64,000 nucleotides of DNA from Macrostomum lignano (lineage: Eukaryota). The notes beneath the pieces are model-generated. The model was not told the origin of the DNA and ran no database searches. It saw only the letters and a program-made list of their open reading frames with translations. Below are positions 1-11,894 of this stretch, piece after piece. The stretch covers positions 195,684-259,683 of the forward strand of contig NIVC01000232.1 in NCBI GenBank assembly GCA_002269645.1, given 5' to 3'. How positions within the stretch are numbered: the stretch's first letter is position 1; each line of letters begins with the position of its first letter. A program made the position numbers and the translations under genes.

Positions 1-523
1 TCATGTGTCTACTTTTTAATATTAATAAAAAATATTGTTCAAATTCTACAAAAACTACTACAGAATGTATAGAAAAGTAGCAAGTTGAATTTTTTCCTAG
101 ACATTTTTTCGTAGGTTTGACGTAGGTTTAAGCGTAGCTAAAAGCGTATAAAAGGTATAAAAATGTCAAAACACAAAAATTTCATGCACTTTTAAACGAT
201 CGCTATAAAGTTCGTGGAATGCGACGCTGCAATAAAGTTTTGGTCCAAGTATTAATCGTTGTAGCGAAATGCCTATCAGGTGGCCATAAAGTATTTGTTC
301 GACTACTTAACCTATCTATAAATATCTTATTATGATGCTTGCATGTATTTTGCCATTTTAGAAAATTGTTTCGTCTGTCTAATAAAACCTTGCGAGCGCA
401 GCCATCCATTCCACAATAATTATTGTATTGCTCTGGAATTTATCCCTTTAGCTGTGCGATTTGCATAAAATGGGACATTGCCATGGTAGGGAAACCGTTT
501 TCTTGCGCCAGGGTGGCCAGACT

Positions 524-1212
524 CCCCTTGGTGCTTGGCGCCCCTTGGTGCTTGGCGCCCCTTGGTGCTTGGCGCCCCTTGGTGCTTGGCGCCCCTTGGT
601 GCTTGGCGCCCCTTGGTGCTTGGCGCCCCTTGGTGCTTGGCGCCCCTTGGTGCTTGGCGCCCCTTTGTGCTTGGCGCCCCTTGGTGCTTAGCGCCCCTTG
701 GTGCTTGGCGCCCCTTGGTGCTTGGCGCCCATTGGTGCTTGGCGCCCCTTGGTGCTTGGCGCCCCTTGGTGCTTGGCGCCCCTTGGTGCTTGGCGCCCCT
801 TGGTGCTTGGCGCCCCTTGGTGCTTGGCGCCCCTTGGTGCTTGGCGCCCCTTGGTGCTTGGCGCCCCTTGGTGCTTGGCGCCCCTTGGTGCTTGGTGCCC
901 CTTGGTGCTTGGCGCCCCTTGGTGCTTGGCGCCCCTTGGTGCTTGGCGCCCCTTGGTGCTTGGCGCCCCTTGGTGCTTGGCGCCCCTTGGTGCTTGGCGC
1001 CCCTTGGTGCTTGGCGCCCCTTGGTGCTTGGCGCCCCTTGGTGCTTGGCGCCCCTTGGTGCTTGGCGCCCCTTGGTGCTTGGCGCCCCTTGGTGCTTGGT
1101 GCCCCTTGGTGCTTGGCGCCCCTTGGTGCTTGGCGCCCCTTGGTGCTTGGCGCCCCTTGGTGCTTGGCGCCCCTTGGTGCTTGGCGCCCTTGGCGCCCTT
1201 GGCGCCCCTAGG
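524..1212 (+). repeat. 17-bp minisatellite (GGCGCCCCTTGGTGCTT)n, about 40 copies
   Basis: Near-perfect 17-bp period read directly. The same unit occurs inverted at 25765-26603 and as variants at 48715-48855 and 51170-51215. Confidence 0.97.
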
Positions 1213-1714
1213 TGTTTTGGTGAATTTTGAATTTTCTATTCCAACTGTAGAAATTGACGATGGGAAACTGGAGTCAGTTTTACTGAATTATTTGACAATT
1301 TGAGGAAGTTGGAAAAGCTTATATATATAATTGTCAAATACGAGCGTACTTTAAATGCATTCATGTTACGCTCTGTAAAAAATGTCGACTCTCAAGTGGT
1401 ATCCGCTTGGTATAACTTTGACTCTCTGGCGGCACAACACTTCAAAAAATTGTATCAAAATAACCCAAAACTAAAACCGGTACTACAGAATAGAATTTTT
1501 GTTTAACTAAATTAAATTGTATCAAAAGATTGGCACACGTTTTTGCATCTAAAATTGGATACTTTCTGTTAAAGTCACAGCTGTATAATTTCGTGACAGT
1601 GAATTGCATTATGGTAATGAATGGGTTTGGCTTTTTAGAGGATTTTTTCGTTAAAACAATTTTTTTAATTGAAAATTTGTAGGTTTAGATGCTAGAAAAA
1701 CTGACGGTCTTTTC

Positions 1715-4700
1715 TGTCAGAGATGCTGACAATATTCAGTGTCAGAGAGATGCTGACAGTATTCTGTGTCAGAGAGATGCTGACAGTATTCAGTGTCAGA
1801 GAGATGCTGACAATATTCTGTGTCAGAGAGATGCTGACAATATTCTGTGTCAGAGAGATGCTGACAATATTCAGTGTCAGAGAGATGCTGACAATATTCA
1901 GTGTCAGAGAGATGCTGACAATATTCAGTGTCAGAGAGATGCTGACAATATTCAGTGTCAGAGAGATGCTGACAATATTCTGTGTCAGATATGCTGACAG
2001 TATTCAGTGTCAGAGAGATGCTGACAATATTCTGTGTCAGAGAGATGCTGACAATATTCAGTGTCAGAGAGATGCTGACAATATTCTGTGTCAGAGAGAT
2101 GCTGACAGTATTCTGTGTCAGAGAGATGCTGACAATATTCTGTGTCAGAGATTCTGACAGTATTCAGTGTCAGAGAGATGCTGACAATATTCTGTGTCAG
2201 AGAGATGCTGACAATATTCAGTGTCAGAGAGATGCTGACAATATTCTGTGTCAGAGAGATGCTGACAGTATTCTGTGTCAGAGAGATGCTGACAATATTC
2301 TGTGTCAGAGATTCTGACAGTATTCAGTGTCAGAGAGATGCTGACAATGTTCTGTGTCAGAGAGATGCTGACAATATTCAGTGTCAGAGAGATGCTGACA
2401 ATATTCAGTGTCAGAGAGATGCTGACAGTATTCTGTGTCAGAGAGATGCTGACAGTATTCTGTGTCAGAGAGATGCTGACAATATTCTGTGTCAGAGAGA
2501 TGCTGACAGTATTCTGTGTCAGAGAGATGCTGACAATATTCAGTGTCAGAGAGATGCTGACAATATTCAGTGTCAGAGAGATGCTGACAATATTCAGTGT
2601 CAGAGAGATGCTGACAATATTCAGTGTCAGAGAGATGCTGACTATATTCTGTGTCAGAGAGATGCTGACAATATTCTGTGTCAGAGAGATGCTGACAATA
2701 TTCTGTGTCAGAGAGATGCTGACAATATTCTGTGTCAGAGAGATGCTGACAATATTCAGTGTCAGAGAGATGCTGACAATATTCAGTGTCAGAGAGATGC
2801 TGACAATATTCAGTGTCAGAGAGATGCTGACAGTATTCAGTGTCAGAGAGATGCTGACATTATTCTGTGTCAGAGAAATGCTGACAGTATTCTGTGTCAG
2901 AGAGATGCTGACATTATTCTGTGTCAGATATGCTGAAAATCTTCTGTCAGAGATGCTGACAATATTCTGTGTCAGATTTGCTGACAATATTCTGTCAGAG
3001 ATGCCGAAAATATTCTGTGTCAGATTTGCTGACAATATTCTGTCAGAGTTGCCGACAATATTCTGTGTCAGAGAGATGCTGACAATATTCAGTGTCAGAG
3101 AGATGCTGACAGTATTTTGTGTCAGAGAGATGCTGACAATATTCTGTGTTAGAGATTCTGACAGTATTCAGTGTCAGAGAGATGCTGAAAATATTCAGTG
3201 TCAGAGAGATGCTGACAGTATTCTGTGTCAGAGAGATGCTGACAATATTCTGTGTCAGAGAGATGCTGACAGTATTCTGTGTCAGCGATTTCTGACGATC
3301 TTCTGTGTCAGAGAGATGCTGACAATATTCAGTGTCAGAGAGATGCTGACAATATTCAGTGTCAGAGAGATGCTGACAGTATTCTGTGTCAGAGAGATGC
3401 TGACAATATTCTGTGTCAGAGATTCTGACAGTATTCAGTGTCAGAGAGATGCTGACAATATTCTGTGTCAGAGAGATGCTGACAATATTCAGTGTCAGAG
3501 AGATGCTGACAATATTCAGTGTCAGAGAGATGCTGACAGTATTCTGTGTCAGAGAGATGCTGACAATATTCAGTGTCAGAGAGATGCTGACAATATTCAG
3601 TGTCAGAGAGATGCTGACAATATTCAGTGTCAGAGAGATGCTGACAGTATTCTGTGTCAGAGAGATGCTGACAATATTCTGTGTCAGAGATGCTGACAAT
3701 ATTCAGTGTCAGAGAGATGCTGACAATATTCAGTGTCAGAGAGATGCTGACAGTATTCTGTGTCAGATTTGCTGACAATATTCTGTGTCAGAGAGATGCT
3801 GACAGTATTCTGTCAGAGAGATGCTGACAATTTTCTGTGTCAGATTTGCTGACAATATTCAGTGTCAGAGAGATGCTGACAATATTCTGTGTCAGAGAGA
3901 TGCTGACAATATTCTGTGTCAGAGAGATGCTGACAATATTCTGTGTCAGAGAGATGCTGACAGTATTCTGTGTCAGAGAGATGCTGACAATATTCAGTGT
4001 CAGAGAGATGCTGACAGTATTCAGTGTCAGAGAGATGCTGACAATATTCTGTGTCAGAGAGATGCTGACAATTTTCTGTGTCAGATTTGCTGACAATATT
4101 CTGTGTCAGAGAGATTCTGACAGTATTCTGTGTCAGATTTGCTGACAATATTCAGTGTCAGAGAGATGCTGACAGTATTCTGTGTCAGAGAGATGCTGAC
4201 AATATTCTGTGTCAGAGAGATGCTGACAATATTCTGTGTCAGAGAGATGCTGACAATATTCTGTGTCAGAGAGATGCTGACAATATTCTGTGTCAAAGAG
4301 ATGCTGACAATATTCTGTGTCAGAGAGATGCTGACAGTATTCTGTGTCAGAGAGATGCTGACAATATTCAGTGTCAGAGAGATGCTGACAGTATTCAGTG
4401 TCAGAGAGATGCTGACAATATTCTGTGTCAGAGAGATGCTGACAATTTTCTGTGTCAGATTTGCTGACAATATTCTGTGTCAGAGAGATTCTGACAGTAT
4501 TCTGTGTCAGATTTGCTGACAATATTCAGTGTCAGAGAGATGCTGACAGTATTCTGTGTCAGAGAGATGCTGACAATATTCTGTGTCAGAGAGATGCTGA
4601 CAATATTCTGTGTCAGAGAGATGCTGACAATATTCAGTGTCAGAGAGATGCTGACAGTATTCTGTGTCAGAGAGATGCTGACATTATTCTGTGTCAGAGA

Positions 4701-7700
4701 AATGCTGACAGTATTCTGTGTCAGAGAGATGCTGACATTATTCTGTGTCAGATATGCTGAAAATCTTCTGTCAGAGATGCTGACAATATTCTGTGTCAGA
4801 TTTGCTGACAATATTCTGTCAGAGATGCCGAAAATATTCTGTGTCAGATTTGCTGACAATATTCTGTCAGAGTTGCCGACAATATTCTGTGTCAGAGAGA
4901 TGCTGACAATATTCAGTGTCAGAGAGATGCTGACAGTATTCTGTGTCAGAGAGATGCTGACAATATTCTGTGTCAGAGAGATGCTGACAGTATTCTGTGT
5001 CAGCGATTTCTGACGATCTTCTGTGTCAGAGAGATGCTGACAATATTCAGTGTCAGAGAGATGCTGACAATATTCAGTGTCAGAGAGATGCTGACAATAT
5101 TCAGTGTCAGAGAGATGCTGACAATATTCTGTGTCAGATATGCTGACAGTATTCAGTGTCAGAGAGATGCTGACAATATTCTGTGTCAGAGAGATGCTGA
5201 CAATATTCAGTGTCAGAGAGATGCTGACAATATTCTGTGTCAGAGAGATGCTGACAGTATTCTGTGTCAGAGAGATGCTGACAATATTCTGTGTCAGAGA
5301 TTCTGACAGTATTCAGTGTCAGAGAGATGCTGACAATATTCTGTGTCAGAGAGATGCTGACAATATTCAGTGTCAGAGAGATGCTGACAATATTCTGTGT
5401 CAGAGATTCTGACAGTATTCAGTGTCAGAGAGATGCTGACAATGTTCTGTGTCAGAGAGATGCTGACAATATTCAGTGTCAGAGAGATGCTGACAATATT
5501 CAGTGTCAGAGAGATGCTGACAGTATTCTGTGTCAGAGAGATGCTGACAGTATTCTGTGTCAGAGAGATGCTGACAATATTCTTTGTCAAAGAGATGCTG
5601 ACAATATTCTGTGTCAGAGAGATGCTGACAGTATTCTGTGTCAGAGAGATGCTGACAATATTCAGTGTCAGAGAGATGCTGACAGTATTCAGTGTCAGAG
5701 AGATGCTGACAATATTCTGTGTCAGAGAGATGCTGACAATTTTCTGTGTCAGATTTGCTGACAATATTCTGTGTCAGAGAGATTCTGACAGTATTCTGTG
5801 TCAGATTTGCTGACAATATTCTGTGTCAGAGAGATGCTGACAGTATTCTGTGTCAGAGAGATGCTGACAATATTCTGTGTCAGAGAGATTCTGACAGTAT
5901 TCTGTGTCAGATTTGCTGACAATATTCAGTGTCAGAGAGATGCTGACAGTATTCTGTGTCAGAGAGATGCTGACAATATTCTGTGTCAGAGAGATGCTGA
6001 CAATATTCTGTGTCAGAGAGATGCTGACAATATTCTGTGTCAGAGAGATGCTGACAATATTCAGTGTCAGAGAGATGCTGACAGTATTCAGTGTCAGAGA
6101 GATGCTGACAATATTCTGTGTCAGAGAGATGCTGACAATTTTCTGTGTCAGATTTGCTGACAATATTCTGTGTCAGAGAGATTCTGACAGTATTCTGTGT
6201 CAGATTTGCTGACAATATTCAGTGTCAGAGAGATGCTGACAGTATTCTGTGTCAGAGAGATGCTGACAATATTCTGTGTCAGCGATTTCTGACGATCTTC
6301 TGTGTCAGAGAGATGCTGACAGTATTCTGTGTCAGAGAGATGCTGACAATATTCTGTGTCAGAGAGATGCTGACAATATTCAGTGTCAGAGAGATGCTGA
6401 CAATATTCTGTGTCAGAGAGATGCTGACAATATTCTGTGTCAGAGAGATGCTGACAATATTCTGTGTCAGAGAGATGCTGACAATATTCTGTGTCAGAGA
6501 GATGCTGACAATATTCAGTGTCAGAGAGATGCTGACAATATATTCAGTGTCAGAGAGATGCTGACAGTATTCTGTGTCAGAGATTCTGACAATATTCAGT
6601 GTCAGAGAGATGCTGACAATATTCTGTCAGAGATTCTGACAATATTCTGTGTCAGAGAGATGCTGACAATATTCAGTGTCAGAGAGATGCTGACAGTATT
6701 CTGTGTCAGAGAGATGCTGACATTATTCTGTGTCAGAGATTCTGACAGTATTCTGTGTCAGAGAGATGCTGACAGTATTCTGTGTCAGAGATTCTGACAA
6801 TATTCTGTGTCAGAGAGATGCTGACAGTATTCTGTGTCAGAGATTCTGACAGTATTCTGTGTCAGAGATTCTGACAGTATTCTGTGTCAGAGAGATGCTG
6901 ACAGTATTCTGTGTCAGAGAGATGCTGACAATATTCAGTGTCAGAGAGATGCTGACAATATTCTGTGTCAGAGAGATGCTGACAGTATTCTGTGTCAGAG
7001 AGATGCTGACAATATTATGTCAGAGAGATGCTGACAATATTCAGTGTCAGAGAGATGCTGACAATATTCTGTGTCAGAGAGATGCTGACAGTATTCTGTG
7101 TCAGAGAGATGCTGACAATATTCTGTGTCAGCGATTTCTGACGATCTTCTGTGTCAGAGAGATGCTGACAATATTCTGTGTCAGAGAGATGCTGACAATA
7201 TTCAGTGTCAGAGAGATGCTGACAATATATTCAGTGTCAGAGAGATGCTGACAGTATTCTGTGTCAGAGATTCTGACAATATTCAGTGTCAGAGAGATGC
7301 TGACAATATTCTGTCAGAGATTCTGACAATATTCTGTGTCAGAGAGATGCTGACAATATTCAGTGTCAGAGAGATGCTGACAGTATTCTGTGTCAGAGAG
7401 ATGCTGACATTATTCTGTGTCAGAGATTCTGACAATATTCTGTGTCAGAGATTCTGACAGTATTCTGTGTCAGAGAGATGCTGACAGTATTCTGTGTCAG
7501 AGATTCTGACAATATTCTGTGTCAGAGAGATGCTGACAGTATTCTGTGTCAGAGATTCTGACAGTATTCTGTGTCAGAGAGATGCTGACAATATTTAGTG
7601 TCAGAGAGATGCTGACAGTATTCTGTGTCAGAGAGATGCTGACAGTATTCTGTGTCAGAGAGATGCTGACAGTATTCTGTGTCAGAGAGATGCTGACAAT

Positions 7701-7846
7701 ATTATGTCAGAGAGATGCTGACAATATTCTGTGTCAGAGAGATGCTGACAATATTCTGTGTCAGAGAGATGCTGACAATATTCTGTGTCAGAGAGATGCT
7801 GACAGTATTCTGTGTCAGCGATTTCTGACGATTTTCTGTGTCAGAT
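1715..7846. repeat. 27-bp minisatellite (GTCAGAGAGATGCTGACAATATTCTGT)n, about 6.1 kb, with higher-order blocks
   Basis: Direct reading. A variant block (gatatgctgaaaatcttctg...gttgccgac) recurs at about 2927 and 4751; the gcgatttctgacga variant recurs at about 3285, 5003, 6282, 7131 and 7819. Confidence 0.98.
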
Positions 7847-8369
7847 GCAAACAGCTTAGGATATCAAAACGCTGGCTTCGCCTTAAACATTCCCCATATC
7901 TTGAATATTTGACTGACTTCGAAATCTTGACTCTAAAATCAATTTCAAAATGCTAACAGCGGTAGACTCAGAAATAGACTCAAAAAATTCTTTTGAAAGT
8001 CAATATCCCACACGCTGCCCTCAATTCTGACTGATTTTATTGACGCAATCTTTATTGACTCAAATTGCAGTTGAAATCGTCTTAGAAAAATCGTCTAAGC
8101 AATTATCTGGGGATGAATTTTAATCCAAAAGATTTCTCCAACTGATAAAACTCGATCACATTCTGATTCTTTTAAAATTTATAACGAGCCAGCTCATTTT
8201 GCTACGATGAGTGGAATGAGTCAGTCATCGTCTCGTCGATGATAACATTTTTTGAGAGCTTCATTATCAGCTGTGCTTCAATGTGACGGTGTATGACTTG
8301 AACTGGTGACAGGGGCACGAGAGACTAATGCTTTTTGAGATGAAAAGGGGAATTTGAAAGATTGAGAAT

Positions 8370-8765
8370 AGAGGAAACTGATAAGAGGGAGGGGATGCGA
8401 GAGAGCGAGAGAAAGATAGAAAGAGCAGGAAAAAGGAAGGACAAACACATGAGACAGACCGACTGGCAGACACAGAGTGAGAGAGAGAGAGAGAGAGGGA
8501 GAGAGTGAGGGGGGGAGATGGAGAAGAGATGAAGATAGAGAGGGAGACGGAGATGGGGATGGAGGTTGAGAGGGAGAGGGAGATGGAGAGAAAGAGGGAG
8601 AGGGAGAGGGAGAGGGAGATGGAGATGGAGAGGGAGATGGAGATGGAGAGGGAGATGGAGATGGAGAGGGAGATGGAGAGGGGGAGGGAGGTTGAGAGGG
8701 AGAGGGAGATGTAAAAAGAGAGGGAGAGAGAGAGGGAGATGGAGAGGGAAAGGGAGAGAGAGGGA
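8370..8765. repeat. GA-rich low-complexity tract / (GAGAGG,GAGATG)n
   Basis: Purine-only hexamer repeats. Confidence 0.9.
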
Positions 8766-9183
8766 GATCAGGCATCAGGCAGATATTTGCGCGATTCATG
8801 GAATTCAAGAAAAAGACACCTCTTTTCTTCATAGAAGAAGAATCAAAAGAAGATTTGAATCTCTGCAAATAATTGACGACTGGCAATTATCGACCGCTGC
8901 ATATCTACAGATTTGTTTGAGTTAAAATAGCAGCGCCAGCTAATGGCTGTCTGGCGATAAGACTTGGCTGTGATTTCTTGGCCATTAATTGATTTGCTTG
9001 CGACTGCGGGCCATAAATTGGCCTTTTACGGTTAAGCGATCCGATTCTGCATTCTTCAGGCAGGGCGCCGGCATGGATTTTATGGGGGGGGAAACAAAAT
9101 CAATGGCACTAAACAAAAATTTCTCTGTTCTTCTAGAAATTGGATTTGTTAGTGTTGATTCTTTACGCTCATTTTTGCGGGTG

Positions 9184-9270
9184 GGCAGACAGACAGACAG
9201 ACAGACAGACAGGCAGACAGACAGGCAGGCAGGCAGACACTAAGACAGACAGACAGACAGACAGACATTA

Positions 9271-9346
<76 letters not shown>

Positions 9347-9426
9347 GGGCAGACAGACAGACAGGCAGACAGACAGGCAGGCAGGCAGGCAGACACTAAG
9401 ACAGACAGACAGACAGACAGACATTA

Positions 9427-9497
<71 letters not shown>

Positions 9498-9545
9498 GAG
9501 ACAGACAGACAGACACACAGACAGACGGACAGATGGACGGACACA
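9184..9545. repeat. (GACA)n microsatellite with GGCA variants
   Basis: Direct reading. Confidence 0.95.
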
Positions 9546-10059
9546 AGCATGCGGACACAAGAAAACCAGCCCAGACAAGTGAATTTCAGTCTGCATGGCA
9601 AAGCTGCATGGCAGTAAATGCCACGAGCACACAACCGTTCATAAAAATTTATTTCTTTCTCGCCGGAAATTATTTGCAGAAAGTTGACTCAATTTTCAAT
9701 TAACAGTTCCGCTATTACGAGCCTAAATCTGTGCGTTCGGACACTTCTGAGGCCTTTAAGTCTGGGGTTACACCTGCACTGAGCAACACGCCTGCTCTTT
9801 CCCACCTACCCAAGGAAATTATAAAAGTTGTTGCTTCCAATTTCTATTCGCTACAAAGTTTCGCACTTGTTGTTGCTTTGCTGCTTTCCTGGCCTTAGAA
9901 AGCCCGAAAAAAGGCAAATTCAATTTCATATTTTGATACAAATTTATGCCATGGGAAAAATTGAAAAACTGAAATGCCGAGGCGTTGTTAAAAGCTGAAG
10001 AAAAGCTTGGAGGTTACAATTTAATGAACTCTATTAGATGATAAAGGAGATAGTGCAGT

Positions 10060-11290
10060 CGAGGGTGACAGGGAAAGAGGAATGGAGGGTGACAGGAAGA
10101 GGGGAATGGAGGGTGACAGGGAGAGGAGAATGGAGGGTGACAGGGAGAGGAGAATGGAGGGTGACAGGAAGAGGGGAATGGAGGGTGACAGGGAGAGGAG
10201 AATGGAGGGTGACAGGAAGAGGGTATGGAGGGTGACAGGAAGAGGGGAATTGATTTTGACAGTGAGAGGGTAGTGGCGGGTGACAGGAAGAGGGGAATGG
10301 AGGGTGACAGGGAGAGGGAAATGTAGGGTGACAAGGAGAGGGAATGGAGGGTGACAGGAAGAGGGAATGGAGGGTGACAGGAAGAGGGAATGGAGGGTGA
10401 CAGGAAGAGGGAATGGAGGGTGACAGGAAGAGGGAATGGAGGGTGACAGGGAGAGGAGAATGGAGGGTGACAGGGAGAGGAGAATGGAGGGTGACAGGGA
10501 GAGGGGAATGGAGGGTGACAGGGAGAGGGTAGCCGAGGGTGACAGGGAGAGGGTAGCCGAGGGTGACAGGGAGAGGGGAATGGAGGGTGACAGGGAGAGG
10601 GTAGCCGAGGGTGACAGGGAGAGGGGAATGGAGGGTGACAGGGAGAGGGTAGCCGAGGGTGACAGGGAGAGGGGAATGGAGGGTGACAGGGAGAGGGTAG
10701 CCGAGGGTGACAGGGAGAGGGGAATGGAGGGTGACAGGGAGAGGGTAGCCGAGGGTGACAGGGAGAGGGTAGCCGAGGGTGACAGGGAGAGGAGAATGGA
10801 GGTTGACAGGGAGAGGGGAATGGAGGGTGAAAGGGAGAGGGTAGCCGAGGGTGACAGGAAGCGGGAATGGAGGGTGACAGGGATTGGGGAATGGAGGGTG
10901 ACAGGGAGAGGGGAATGGAGGGTTACAGGGAGAGGGGAATGGAGGGTGACAGGGAGAGGGGAATGGAGGGTGACAGGGAGAGGGGAATGGAGGGTGACAG
11001 GAAGAGGGGAATGGAGGGTTACAGGGAGAGGGGAATGGAGGGTGACAGGGAGAGGGGAATGGAGGGTGACAGGGAGAGGGTAGCCGAGGGTGACAGGGAG
11101 AGGGGAATGGAGGGTGACAGGGAGAGGGTAGCCGAGGGTGACAGGGAGAGGGTAGCCGAGGGTGAAAGGGAGAGGGGAATGGAGGGTGACAGGGAGAGGG
11201 GAATGGAGGGTGACAGGGAGAGGGGAATGGAGGGTGACAGGGAGAGGGGAATGGAGGGTGACAACGAGAGGGTAGTGGCGGGGGACAGGA
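10060..11290. repeat. 24-bp G-rich minisatellite (GAGGGTGACAGGGAGAGGGGAATG)n
   Basis: Direct reading; explains the MEGDRERG / SLSPSIPL pseudo-ORFs. Confidence 0.96.
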
Positions 11291-11894
11291 AATTGAGGCA
11301 GAGATGAGTAGCACAATTTAACCTGTCTAAAAGCCCAGTTTGACTCGCAAAAAATATTGAAACAAACAGTCGAAAACTACAGACATACAGAGACAAGTAA
11401 AATTGTTATAGGAAAGCTTCTCTAAGAACAAGAGCATTGCTCGGTACTTAAGCAGAAACACACAGATTTGTATAAGCAAAGAGCTCAAGTTGAAGATTCC
11501 AAGCTTGTTCAGCGCTTCTAATAGAGTGGCATTGATGTTTAATATTCTGCAGAAGAAAATAATAAACCTCATAGTGCAGTGCATATACAAGACAAGTAAA
11601 TTCAACAAGTGCTTGAGAACAAATGAACAATATTATAAGTTTGCTTAATGAGGCGGAGTGGCTTCAGACCTGCTTGCAAGCTCAATGAGAGAATGGCTGG
11701 CAGACAGCGAGCAATAAAACTCACTGCAGTAAAACTGAATTCCTACACTATACAGTACTTGACTTGAATAATAAAGCAAATGCAATGTTGCATATGAGTT
11801 TTGCATAGAATTGAAAATTGGACAAGCAAGAAAGAAATGAAAAATATAGTCGTTTTGCTCGGAGACTATGGACCAAGAGATGTTTTGTGTCCAG

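Noticed and set aside
9061-9095. CAGGGCGCCGGCATGG...poly-G, resembling a MITE left end
   Set aside because: No matching right end or TSD was found.
423-11316. Long ORFs in the track (LVLGAPWC..., CQRDADNI..., SLSPSIPL...)
   Set aside because: They are translations of stop-free tandem repeats in several frames and on both strands; the same applies to ORFs at 19-22 kb, 25.7-26.6 kb, 35.5-36.2 kb, 42-43 kb, 47.6-48.2 kb, 51.7-52.2 kb, 57 kb and 60.3 kb.
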